Part shown: positions 44,815-54,591 of the stretch, piece after piece
How positions within the stretch are numbered: the stretch's first letter is position 1
Layout of the letters: every line of letters starts with the position of its first letter
NCBI GenBank assembly: GCA_910579785.1
Contig: CAJTVJ010000005.1
Location: forward strand, 4,385-68,384
Direction of reading: 5' to 3'
DNA length: 64,000 nt
DNA from: an uncultured Christensenella sp.
GTDB lineage: Bacteria > Bacillota > Clostridia > Christensenellales > UBA3700
Program-made: the position numbers and the translations under genes
The notes under the pieces: model-generated
What the model saw: only the letters and a program-made list of their open reading frames with translations
Database searches by the model: none
What the model was told of the DNA's origin: nothing

Positions 44815-46350
44815 TTACTTTTTATCTTCGCTGACTGCGTTGTTGTCTACTGCTACGTCGTTTGCTGCGACACTCGCGCCGTCCGACGGCGCCGCGCTTG
44901 CCTCTGCACTTTCGACAGCAGTATTGCCTGCCGCGTCTGTATTGTCAGCTGTCGACGCGCCTTCTTCGGTTTGCTCCGCCGTCGCTGTATTATCAACTGC
45001 CGTATCATTGACCGACGACGTTTCTGCCGTAGCGTCAGTCTGCATGTCTGCGGCGGCGCCGTCGCCTGTCTCTACTGCCGCCTCTGCGACGCTTTCTGCC
45101 TCATCCTTTTGATAATTGGACATCAACAACGTATATTGGCAAAGTATCAGCCACACGGTGCCGACTACCGTCGCGCCTATCGCAACGTAAAGCACCATAT
45201 AAGTATGTTTCATAATAAAGTACAGCAGACCGCCTACTCCTACTATAAAGAACATATACGGCATGCAGTCTATGACGTTGGCTCTGCCTCTAACAATCCT
45301 TATGAATATGCCGACAACCATGAGTACAGCTGCAACTGCCGCAAACAACATCGTAACAACCTTCTCCGTCTTTGTCGCTTCAAATTCAAAATTCTCGAAT
45401 ATATTTGATTGAGTAATTATCAATATCAACAACGCGCCTATCACACAAAGCATTGAAATAAAGAAGCCGTATTTGGCAAATATTACTCTGAAATACATGC
45501 CTATCTTGCTCTTTGCCTTATATTTTTTGTCGTCGTTCTTTCTCTGCTCGCTGGGTTTGAAAAGTATCAATCTCACACTAAGCAACGCAAGCACTGCCAC
45601 CGTCGCGCCCAAAGCCGCTATCGCAATACCGTCAAAGGAATTGAAATTCTTGAATATAATACATTGAAGTATCATACCTGCGCATATCAAAAGCGCCATA
45701 AGTAAAAATGCGTCAAGCGAACATACCCTTCTTTTTTTCAACGTATCAATAAACCAAGCTATCATTATAGCGGCGGCTACGCCCATGATAACGCATATCC
45801 AAACGACGTTCTTTTCAAACAAGTTGCCCTTATCGACAACGTATGACGAGAAGAATACGGCATACATCATCAAAGCCAAAGGCAATATCGTGATAATATT
45901 GAAATATTTAAGGAGCGATACGATATACAATCCCACTTTCGGCTCTTTCTTTACTTTATCCGTCTGCGCGCGTTCTCTCTTCTTTTTCTTCTTACTGTCG
46001 GTATCAACGTCGGCAGGCGCCTCGTCCAATACGGGTTGAGATTCGATTTGTTCGCTATCAACGGGCTGCTCCGACGATGAAGAAGTCTGAGCATTCTCCT
46101 CCGAGACGGCAGAGTTCTCGCTTTGCACGTTTTCGGCAGTCGCTGTCTCAACGACGGGCGTATCATCCGCAGTCGGCTGTTGAGCCAACGTGTCCGCCGC
46201 CTCCGATACCGTCGGCTGAGCGCCTTCAACTACACCAGAATCCACTGTGGGTTGAGCGTCCACAATAGCTTGAACTTCTGCCGCGGGTTGAGAAGATATC
46301 TCTTGCTCTATCGGCGATTGCTGTTCAATCGGCTTTTTGGACTTTTTCAT
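44815..46350 (-). CDS. Polytopic membrane protein with acidic low-complexity N- and C-terminal tails
   Basis: I prefer the start at MKKSKKPIE (ATG 46350-46348, AAGGGGGA RBS). About 150 aa of Q/P/E/A/V-rich tail, a KKKKKRERAQ patch, about 9 hydrophobic helices, then a C-terminal A/D/T-rich tail. Confidence 0.7.
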   Translation of the reverse strand: MKKSKKPIEQQSPIEQEISSQPAAEVQAIVDAQPTVDSGVVEGAQPTVSEAADTLAQQPTADDTPVVETATAENVQSENSAVSEENAQTSSSSEQPVDSEQIESQPVLDEAPADVDTDSKKKKKRERAQTDKVKKEPKVGLYIVSLLKYFNIITILPLALMMYAVFFSSYVVDKGNLFEKNVVWICVIMGVAAAIMIAWFIDTLKKRRVCSLDAFLLMALLICAGMILQCIIFKNFNSFDGIAIAALGATVAVLALLSVRLILFKPSEQRKNDDKKYKAKSKIGMYFRVIFAKYGFFISMLCVIGALLILIITQSNIFENFEFEATKTEKVVTMLFAAVAAVLMVVGIFIRIVRGRANVIDCMPYMFFIVGVGGLLYFIMKHTYMVLYVAIGATVVGTVWLILCQYTLLMSNYQKDEAESVAEAAVETGDGAAADMQTDATAETSSVNDTAVDNTATAEQTEEGASTADNTDAAGNTAVESAEASAAPSDGASVAANDVAVDNNAVSEDKK

Positions 46351-46616
46351 ATATCCCCCTTTACAACGCATGATTTGCTTATAATGCGTTTGGAAATTCT
46401 TAATTATATTATATTGTATAATGAATATTAAATCAATATGTTTTAATGTGTTTTTTAGAAAAAGTAAAAAATTTTTAATAATCTCTTAATATTTATGACA
46501 AATATCTTATATTGATTATAATATTTTTAAGATTTTATTTCCGCCGATTATTGTTATCTAAAACAATATTTTAATATACATTAAAATATCCCCCGACTTT
46601 CGTCGAGGCGACTTAA

Positions 46617-47030
46617 TTACTTTGACTTCTTAATTTCGTTGCGCTCCATAAAAATGTCGATAATCTTACATATCTTTCTTGCGCCCACGACTGATTTGAC
46701 AGGAACCATTGCCGGAGTATCCTCGTATGCCGAGGTATCCGACAAATCTCTGAATCTGATTTTGATTTGCGAATACTGCTCTTCTTCCATGACCTCGCGC
46801 GGCAAAAATATTTTTAGTGAAGAACCTCCTATTGCCATCTTTGCAATAAGCCGTCTGCAACATCTATAACTGTCGCATCTAATACTGAGCCTGTTCTTAA
46901 TTCCTTGATAAGACAGCAAATGCTCTTTGATAAGAGTATACAACGCAAATGTATCTTCGTCTGCGTTTTTTATTCTGTCTTCAAAATTTATTCCTCTGTT
47001 CTCCACTTCCATTCCTCCCAAGGCAGTCAC
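46617..47030 (-). CDS. Hypothetical protein (about 130 aa), start uncertain
   Basis: An ORF that stays open in an AT-rich region. GGGAGGA sits just upstream of ATG 47012 and GTG 47006, so the true start may be one of these. I recognise no motif. Confidence 0.5.
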   Translation of the reverse strand: MTALGGMEVENRGINFEDRIKNADEDTFALYTLIKEHLLSYQGIKNRLSIRCDSYRCCRRLIAKMAIGGSSLKIFLPREVMEEEQYSQIKIRFRDLSDTSAYEDTPAMVPVKSVVGARKICKIIDIFMERNEIKKSK

Positions 47031-47132
47031 AACTACAATTAGTATTATAGTTAACTATTTAAGGATTGTCAATACGTATAATTATATTTATAAAAAATAA
47101 ATTAAAATAATTTCAAAAAATTTCGTTATATT

Positions 47133-47390
47133 TTAATTTTCTTTGCTTTTTAGCGCATTTTCGCAAGCCTTTGCAAGTTGGTCAGGACATGACGTCGACT
47201 TAAAACCGCATTTTATACCGTTGAGTCTCTCTACTACGTCTTCAAGTTTCATTCCCTCGACGAGCTTTCCCATTCCTTTAAGATTGCCGTCGCAACCGCC
47301 TGCAAATTTGACGTTGAATACTTTGCCGTCCTCTACGTCAAACTCTATGCTGCGAGAACACGTTCCGCTTGTCTTGTATGTGTAGCGCAT
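47133..47390 (-). CDS. TIGR03905-family TSCPD-domain protein
   Basis: 85 aa. Contains CSRSIEFDVEDGKVFNVKFAGGCDGNLKGMGKLVEGM...CGFKSTSCPDQLA. Confidence 0.8.
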   Translation of the reverse strand: MRYTYKTSGTCSRSIEFDVEDGKVFNVKFAGGCDGNLKGMGKLVEGMKLEDVVERLNGIKCGFKSTSCPDQLAKACENALKSKEN

Positions 47391-47465
47391 ATTTCTATTC
47401 TCCTTATATTATTATTATAATATTTTTAATAATTATTTATTTTATCAATTATATCTTATTTCACA

Positions 47466-47927
47466 AAGTACCGACAAAATGTAGCGTAAGCGTGCATTTT
47501 CGTTTGGACGGCATTAGCGGAACCCGACTGCTAATTAAGCAATCACTTTGCTTTGCTAAGTGATTGTGTATTTTAATATAAGATTCCATTACTTGGGATA
47601 TAATCGTCACCGACGCTCGCCCAAGACGCTACCGCTGGCTCGCTATTCCGTCGCTTCGCTCCTTACGACCGCAGTGAAGAGGTCTAATCATTTTAATTTT
47701 TTAACTTGATGAGATTTCTCCGCTCCACTTCGTTTCGGTCGAAATGACTAAACTATGCTAATAGCACACACCAAACTTTGGTCACATCGACCGCAGTTGA
47801 GAGGTCTATTCGAGTTGTATTATACGGATGAGACTTCTCCGTTCCACTGCGTTTCAGTCGAAGTGACTTAGTTTTACACTTTACAAACTATATGCAGTCA
47901 ACTCGCTAGTCGCGGAAAGGTCTAATC
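47466..47927. repeat. Mosaic repeat cluster I: reverse K + reverse L-H (CC) + four more hairpin units in alternating orientation
   Basis: Units: reverse K 47466-47574; reverse L-H 47593-47689; H TT 47701-47749; reverse H CC (one mismatch) 47778-47817; H CT 47823-47869; degenerate reverse H 47894-47927, abutting the PfkB stop codon. Confidence 0.9.
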
Positions 47928-48826
47928 TATTTGACGTACTCGGGATAAAACTCGGCAATATAATTCTCGATATCGCGTCTATTTCCCCTATAAGGTCCCG
48001 GCGCCTCCATCTTGGTGGACACCGTCGCCGTAGCCCAAAGCAAGGAGTCGGGTATATTGCTTACGCTTCTTTGCGTGATATACGCCGCAAACGTCGTATC
48101 GCCTCTTCCGCTTCTTCCCGACAGATTTCTTGCGCGTATCGGACACGTATATATTTCTCTGCCGTCATATGCCAGCACCTCTGCGGAGTTGGTAATGACC
48201 ACCTCTTTGGCGCCCCACTCGTGGAGCATCTTTGCCGCGACAAATCTGTCCGTCTGTCCCGTCAGTATCTCAGCCTCAGCGGTATCTGTTTTGAGATAAT
48301 GTATATAAGGCAAAACTCTCTTCTTGTCAGCCCAATCCTCAAAATACATAGCGCCGCTCTGCTTGTCCGCATGTCTGAGCAAAGCTTGAACGTCTACGGC
48401 TATCTTCCCTCTCTTTGAAAGTTCAATCATCAAATCGCCGTCAAAGTCTCCGTATATCAAACCTGCAAAATGGTAGACGTCACAGTCGACGTCGGGAATA
48501 TCTTTGAGTTCAAAGGCGTCCCCTTGACCTATGCATGTGCAAGTGCGGCGTTCTTTATCCGCAGTATGATATTTATTGCGTATGGAAGTAGATTGCTTGC
48601 TTGGGATGTAAAATACGTCTTCTTTGTCAATGACAAATTTATCAAGACGATCTTTATCCTCAGGAGCGAGTTTTGTGACCACGCCGACTTTAAATCCGCC
48701 TGCTTTTGCGGCTGCGGAAGAATAAATGACCGCTCCGCCTACTTCGATTATCTGATTGTCAAGATAATCAATGTTGTAATCGAGAGAGATATGTCCTATC
48801 TCCAACGTGTCGTAATGTCTTTTCAT
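47927..48826 (-). CDS. PfkB-family carbohydrate kinase
   Basis: I prefer the start at MKRHYDTLEIGHISLD (ATG 48826-48824, AAGAGGAA RBS). Ribokinase-like fold signature, including the C-terminal GRGDTTFAAY anion hole. Confidence 0.8.
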   Translation of the reverse strand: MKRHYDTLEIGHISLDYNIDYLDNQIIEVGGAVIYSSAAAKAGGFKVGVVTKLAPEDKDRLDKFVIDKEDVFYIPSKQSTSIRNKYHTADKERRTCTCIGQGDAFELKDIPDVDCDVYHFAGLIYGDFDGDLMIELSKRGKIAVDVQALLRHADKQSGAMYFEDWADKKRVLPYIHYLKTDTAEAEILTGQTDRFVAAKMLHEWGAKEVVITNSAEVLAYDGREIYTCPIRARNLSGRSGRGDTTFAAYITQRSVSNIPDSLLWATATVSTKMEAPGPYRGNRRDIENYIAEFYPEYVK

Positions 48827-48932
48827 ACAGTTCCTCTTACATAATTTTTTGAGCTGTGCTCTATATTTCACTTAATTTTTTCACTATTTGATTTATCATA
48901 ACGCAACGTCGATATTTTTATAATACGAATTA

Positions 48933-51900
48933 TCACATATCAACTATTATCGCGCCCATGCCCAAGACTATATTCTCATTCTTAGTCTCAAACTCTTTGA
49001 CTCTGTCTATTGGCACTATCGTGCCGCCGCTTGAAAGCACCTGTCCCAACGTGACGGTCACCACTATTCCTCCGCCGAAGTTATGTTCGATAATCTTCAT
49101 ACCCAATATTTCGTTCTTGACAGCGTCGGTGTTGCTTAGATCAAGTCCGCCCACGCCCTCGGGTCTGCTAGTTCTTACAAGACGGGAGAGTATCGACCTC
49201 TGTCTGTCGCTCATTGCATTATATAGTACAGATACCTGTTGGGATGTGATATCCATATACAGCGTCAAGTCCATTCTCTCCGGCAATATCGTCATCTTAA
49301 CGCCTGCCGCAACCGCAGTATCCATATCAAGCGTGATAAGGAAATACTCCTCGTCGCCCAACGCGCCGAGCTTGTCGCGCATGTCTTCAAAAGTGCCGTC
49401 GCCGTTTGCTCTCGTCGGAATAAGCGCAGTATGTTTGAGCTTCAAAGCATCAGGATTGCCTGCGGCGTTCTTATCAAGTCCCAAAGGCTCTAAGAGCCTG
49501 TCTGTCTCAATCATAGAGGCTATGTTCCACCCGCCTATCGCACCTTTTATATGCGCGCCTGCATTGTAGGACAGCAAAAGATTGCTTGCCGCCGCCTGCG
49601 CAGAATCGACGGTAAAGGTAACGCCTGCCCTCTCGTATCCGCTTGGTGGCGCGTACGCCGATATATCGAGACTTTCGTGCAGCGCTTCCAACGTCTCCTT
49701 GACGTCCTGCGGAGTCAACTTCTCACCTTCGTCCGCGGTATTTATCTTGTTGGCAGCTATCTCGTATATGCTGTCCAAAAGCAAATATCCGCCGCCTGTT
49801 ACGCCTTCTACAGTGTCGTCGGCGACAAAATCGACGTGCATATTGTTGGTGAGCGCACTCATTGTCGACCTCACGTTGTCCGAACACTCTTTGTTGGCGC
49901 CCGTCAAGTTTTGCACTCCGCCTTCTTTCTCATTGAGTTTGGATATAAACGACTCTATCGCACTCACTTCCTCTGCGTTCAAATCGTTGATACTGATATT
50001 TGCGCAAAGAGCGTCGGGTATATACATCTTCTTGACGTCTATATCGACGACAAGCGAAATCTTCTGCGGCAACAACTGCGCATACTTTTGGCTTTCACCG
50101 TTTAAAGTCACTCCGCTTTGATATACGATTATCATACTATCGTATCTGACGTACATAGCAGTCATTACTGCGTCCTTATATCCGTCGGCTTCTATCTTGA
50201 CGCTCTTCTCCAACATCAAAAGCAACTCTTCGCCTACTATCGTCGGGCGCAGCTGCTCTACCGTCATAGCTCTCTTCTCACTTGACGTCAGCTTGACTCC
50301 GTCGATATTTGTCGCATAGTCCTTTGCATACTCGCCAAGCACCGTCAATATAGCAACTCCGTCTTCAAGCTCTTTTGCAAGCGCGTATCTGTCGTTGATT
50401 TGAGATATAGACGCGCTTGAATCAGCCGCCCTATTGCCGACGGCAAAATCTAACGTCACGTCGTCTTTATATCTATACGTCGTCGGCATATTGTTGACCT
50501 TGCACAGTCCGTTGCGGAAATTTATCTCGTCGATAAAATTATCGGGGTTGATCAATGCTTCGCCTGCCTTGGCGCCGTAAGCAGAATTGAGAGAGATTTG
50601 ATATATCGTCTCATTGAAGATAAATCCGCCGTCGTTCAAGAACGTCACTGTGAATATATCGTTGTGTATCTTGGCTTTAAATTCGTTGAGATTGCCTTCC
50701 AACTTAGCAAGAATGCTCTCCAACGAAAGCGGCTCTTCCTGCTCTTGCGGCGGTTGGGTCTCGCCGCCGTTGTTTGACGTATTGGTTTTTATTCTCTCTA
50801 TAAACGTTATGAGAAGATGCAGATCTTGCTGCTCCCCGCCGTCCTCGACGTACTCCACGGAATTTATATCCATGGCATACACGTTCATATTGCTGCGTGT
50901 GCCGTCGCTCAAAACCGCGCCCAGCTCTATTGTCAAATTGACGTAAAAGTCGTCAGGCATAAGCCCTTTGGCATTCTCGTCTTCGACGTTGCCCTTGCCT
51001 TTGAGCGTCAAATTCATTATATTTTCGTCGTTGCCGACGTACGCCATCTTCTGATCGCGCATAAATGATATATCGCTCACCACGCTGACCTGCTTGCTGA
51101 GCAGATATGCAAATTCTTCCGTCGTGAAATGCGGCTTGAACTTACCCTCTATTTCGCTCTTCAACTGCAAATCGCTCTTGCCGTCCATGACGGTGACGTT
51201 GTTGAGCGAAGTCAAATCGCCCGGTCTCACTTTGTCTGGGCTGAACTCCTCGCCGCCTATGCTGCTGAATCCGTCAAGCAGTTGGTCTTTTTCGTCAAAA
51301 CCTTTGAGCTGTTGAGCAAAGCTGTCGCTGATAAAATACTTGTCGTGTAATTCTTTGTATATAAAGTTGTCGAGATTTGCGGCGGCAGTAAAGCCTTGCT
51401 GTCCCGTCGTCGAATAATCGTATCCGTAAAGCTTACGCAACAAATACCTTATCTCGTCAGCCGCAAATACGTGAGCGTTTTCTTCTTTCGCCGCGACCAT
51501 ATCGCTCTTGGCAATGACGTTGAAAAGATTGTCTATCTGCAAGCCTCCGTTGACGAACTTATATTCTATCCCCTTTATCTTGCTCATATATGCTTTGACT
51601 TGCGCGTCTATCTTGCTCTCTATCTCTGCGACGCCGGCTTGCTTGCCCGTCAATTTGCGCACCATTGAGAAAAAGTCGTCCATACTCTCATCGTTCATTC
51701 CGTCAATAACTACTTTGACGCTGCTCTGCTCGCTTGCGTTTATCATCTTCTCGGTGTCTATGAAAACCGTGATATATACTGTATCAGGCAAAAGATTGGA
51801 GTATTTGCTCAAATCCTCGGACTGCGACGGCTGAGTAGGCTCTCCCTCTTCCGCGGCAACCGCAGCTTTGTCATAAAGCTTTGCCGCGATATGAAGTCTC

Positions 51901-54302
51901 AGCTCTCCCTCTGAGCTTGTCGCGCCCAATACTGCCGCGGTTTTGAGCGCAGAGCTAAGTTCGTTGACGTCTATATTGTCGTTCATAAGATATGCGAACT
52001 CGCCTTCCGACATAAGCGGATATATCTTATCCATACTCCTGCCGTCACTCGCCAGCGCAGACTTGTCTATCGAACTGCCGAAAGTATCTTTAAGTCCCAT
52101 TACGCTGTCAAGCAACTTGCCGTCGCCGCTGTCGACTATCTTGCCCTCTTGCAGATAATACTTGCTCTCCAACTCGTCTATAAAGCCGTCTGCATTTTGG
52201 CTCTTATTCTTCTCTTGGTCCGCAAGTTCAAAGGTATGGACTTGTTTCATTATGGTATACAGGCTCTCGGGAGCAATGGTTTTCTCCTCGCTTTCGTTAA
52301 GCGCGCCGCTGCCGCACACGACTTCAAACAAGTTGGGCAGATATGCGCACTCCTCGGAAAATACTATTTCGCAGCCTATCTTCTCCTGTATCTGCGCGAT
52401 ACCTTTCTTTATGCTCTCGTCTATCTTAGCGCACAGCTTGCCGTAGTCAAGCGCAGACACGTCCATGCCGAACTTGCCTGCAAGCGCCGTCAACGTCTGC
52501 AAATGCTGTTGGGAATTTTCTATACCGACCTTGTTTATCTCCACGCTTGACGGAGTGTTAAGCTCTGCGACTACGCAGATATTTGCCGATACGAATATCT
52601 CTTGCGGAACGAGCTGGGATATCAGCGAAGCCATCACGTCGCTGCCGTCAAATCCCAACATACCTGCGACGTCGACCTTTATATCGACAGACAGCATTGC
52701 GCCCTTTGCCCGATAGCTCATTCCCACTATCTCGGCTTTTATCTCGCCGAGCATATCTTCGCCGCCGACGTAATCCGAAAGCATTGCCGCAAGAGCCGAA
52801 TACTCCGTGCGCACTTTGAGTCTTTGCGCGTCGTATGCTCCGTCATATTTCATACTTGTCAGCTGCACGGAGCTTATCACCTCGTCGCCGCTTGCGAAGT
52901 TGATGATATCGTTGATGGTATTTTCCGGCGTGATCTTGCCGCTTGAATTGTCAAGGCAGTATTTACCGCTGAGCTCTTTTATAAATTCCAAAGTCTTTGC
53001 GTGCTTTATCTCGGCGGTAGGAATATCGATACCCAACGACTGAGCATTGGGAAGCTTGACGTCTCTAATCATAGTCAAAAACGCCTGCTCGCTTACGTTG
53101 ACATCAAGTAAACCCATAAGCGTCTCTATCGGATGAATGTCCACGCTGCCCGTCGGCACAAATGCGAGAGGCACTTTCTTTTGAGCTTGACTTATGACCT
53201 CGACGACCTTGGAGTTGACCTGCACCAACAAAGTGCTGAGCGAAGTCGTATTACCAGTCTTTTTGAGTATTACGTCAGCTATCCTGACTATCTTGTCTAT
53301 CTTATCCTCGCCCATTCTATTGATAGATACCTGCACCGCCTTAGTTGGATCGTTGGGATATACTATCGCCGTTGCATAGAGCTGTTTGGGCAAAATCTGT
53401 TTTATTATCGGAGGCAGATTATTTTGCTCAATAATGCCCGACAGCATATCCTTTACCATAATAGAAAGCGTTATCTTAAAGCTTGTCTGCGTTGCGTCCA
53501 ATCCGTTGCCGCCTATGATTATCTGCTTGATTTGCAATACGTCTTTAAGAGGTTTGCCTATCTTGGCTTCTAAGTCTTTGAGCATCTCAAAAGACCCGGA
53601 CAGCGAGGACAACGCCTCGTTGATAGCCGAGGCTATCTGTCTGTCGGTTATCTCCAAAATATTGCTTTGTCCGTCATAATCTTCAAGAGAAGTAAAGTCA
53701 AACTCTATCTCTTGCAATAGTTGGTCAAGTTGAGGATTGCCCGTCAAAGAGCCGTCGTTTCCGCTGTCGGGAGCGACTTCATTCGGAAAATCTTCTTCAT
53801 TTGGCATTTCGTCGGAATATAATTGCTCGCCGTCGGCATTCGTATATACGTACTGCAAGTCATAGCCGTCTACGCCCACTGTCGCAACTTCTCCGCTCTG
53901 TCCGCTGCCGTCAGACGTCGACGACATGATTGTGGATATTATCTTGGAGATGGAAATATCGCTGTCTTCCGCCAAGTACAGCTTGCGCTTTAAATTGCTG
54001 TAAAATCCTTTAAGATCCTCTTCTGTGTATCCCTTTGTGACTATCTTGCTCTCGTCGGTGTCGCCGACCCCGTTGAAAAGCGTAAACAATTCTTTAAATT
54101 CTACGTTGGCTTCTTCGCCGATCTGCGTCCACCATATATCCGCCGCAGTGTTGTATGCAAAAGCAGTCGCGCCCACGATTGAGCCGACAAAAATCAAGAC
54201 GAATACCAGCGCAAAGATCTTGCCCAGCATCTTATTGCGATTGCCGCGTTTGATCGCCTTTTGATTTTTTTCTATATCGATTTTGTATATTACTTTCGCC
54301 AT
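48933..54302 (-). CDS. Giant (1789 aa) N-terminally membrane-anchored protein with degenerate internal repeats, function unknown
   Basis: A single uninterrupted ORF with TM helix MLGKIFALVFVLIFVGSIVGATAFAY near the N-terminus. The rest is acidic and repeat-structured, with no enzymatic motif I recognise. Confidence 0.85.
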   Translation of the reverse strand: MAKVIYKIDIEKNQKAIKRGNRNKMLGKIFALVFVLIFVGSIVGATAFAYNTAADIWWTQIGEEANVEFKELFTLFNGVGDTDESKIVTKGYTEEDLKGFYSNLKRKLYLAEDSDISISKIISTIMSSTSDGSGQSGEVATVGVDGYDLQYVYTNADGEQLYSDEMPNEEDFPNEVAPDSGNDGSLTGNPQLDQLLQEIEFDFTSLEDYDGQSNILEITDRQIASAINEALSSLSGSFEMLKDLEAKIGKPLKDVLQIKQIIIGGNGLDATQTSFKITLSIMVKDMLSGIIEQNNLPPIIKQILPKQLYATAIVYPNDPTKAVQVSINRMGEDKIDKIVRIADVILKKTGNTTSLSTLLVQVNSKVVEVISQAQKKVPLAFVPTGSVDIHPIETLMGLLDVNVSEQAFLTMIRDVKLPNAQSLGIDIPTAEIKHAKTLEFIKELSGKYCLDNSSGKITPENTINDIINFASGDEVISSVQLTSMKYDGAYDAQRLKVRTEYSALAAMLSDYVGGEDMLGEIKAEIVGMSYRAKGAMLSVDIKVDVAGMLGFDGSDVMASLISQLVPQEIFVSANICVVAELNTPSSVEINKVGIENSQQHLQTLTALAGKFGMDVSALDYGKLCAKIDESIKKGIAQIQEKIGCEIVFSEECAYLPNLFEVVCGSGALNESEEKTIAPESLYTIMKQVHTFELADQEKNKSQNADGFIDELESKYYLQEGKIVDSGDGKLLDSVMGLKDTFGSSIDKSALASDGRSMDKIYPLMSEGEFAYLMNDNIDVNELSSALKTAAVLGATSSEGELRLHIAAKLYDKAAVAAEEGEPTQPSQSEDLSKYSNLLPDTVYITVFIDTEKMINASEQSSVKVVIDGMNDESMDDFFSMVRKLTGKQAGVAEIESKIDAQVKAYMSKIKGIEYKFVNGGLQIDNLFNVIAKSDMVAAKEENAHVFAADEIRYLLRKLYGYDYSTTGQQGFTAAANLDNFIYKELHDKYFISDSFAQQLKGFDEKDQLLDGFSSIGGEEFSPDKVRPGDLTSLNNVTVMDGKSDLQLKSEIEGKFKPHFTTEEFAYLLSKQVSVVSDISFMRDQKMAYVGNDENIMNLTLKGKGNVEDENAKGLMPDDFYVNLTIELGAVLSDGTRSNMNVYAMDINSVEYVEDGGEQQDLHLLITFIERIKTNTSNNGGETQPPQEQEEPLSLESILAKLEGNLNEFKAKIHNDIFTVTFLNDGGFIFNETIYQISLNSAYGAKAGEALINPDNFIDEINFRNGLCKVNNMPTTYRYKDDVTLDFAVGNRAADSSASISQINDRYALAKELEDGVAILTVLGEYAKDYATNIDGVKLTSSEKRAMTVEQLRPTIVGEELLLMLEKSVKIEADGYKDAVMTAMYVRYDSMIIVYQSGVTLNGESQKYAQLLPQKISLVVDIDVKKMYIPDALCANISINDLNAEEVSAIESFISKLNEKEGGVQNLTGANKECSDNVRSTMSALTNNMHVDFVADDTVEGVTGGGYLLLDSIYEIAANKINTADEGEKLTPQDVKETLEALHESLDISAYAPPSGYERAGVTFTVDSAQAAASNLLLSYNAGAHIKGAIGGWNIASMIETDRLLEPLGLDKNAAGNPDALKLKHTALIPTRANGDGTFEDMRDKLGALGDEEYFLITLDMDTAVAAGVKMTILPERMDLTLYMDITSQQVSVLYNAMSDRQRSILSRLVRTSRPEGVGGLDLSNTDAVKNEILGMKIIEHNFGGGIVVTVTLGQVLSSGGTIVPIDRVKEFETKNENIVLGMGAIIVDM

Positions 54303-54537
54303 CTTGCCTCCCCTTTGGCTTGGTCATAATAATATTTTACGCGTACGCTAAAATATTTAAATATTTATTATTATAAATATACATCTATATCATATTATTT
54401 CGCACGATAATAAGCAAGCGTTTTTGCGATTTTATTTTAGAAAATTATGCCAAATGTAAAATATCTTCGACAAATTATCCGATTATCGGCTTGAAACTGC
54501 ATATAATAACACTGCCGACCTTTTGTGCGCAAAATGT

Positions 54538-54566
54538 TTGCCATATATTTTTTTTTGATATATAAT
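54538..54566 (+). promoter_or_regulatory. Sigma-A-type promoter of trkH-trkA
   Basis: TTGCCA (54538-54543), 17-nt spacer, TATAAT (54561-54566), 26 nt upstream of the trkH ATG. Confidence 0.5.
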
Positions 54567-54591
54567 AAATCCGTAACTAAAAAGCAGACAA

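Noticed and set aside
54303-54591. c-di-AMP (ydaO/kimA-type) riboswitch upstream of trkH
   Set aside because: The region is very AT-rich and has no G/C-rich pseudo-symmetric helices or conserved ACGGGGA/CCCA-type elements. Only a plain promoter was seen.
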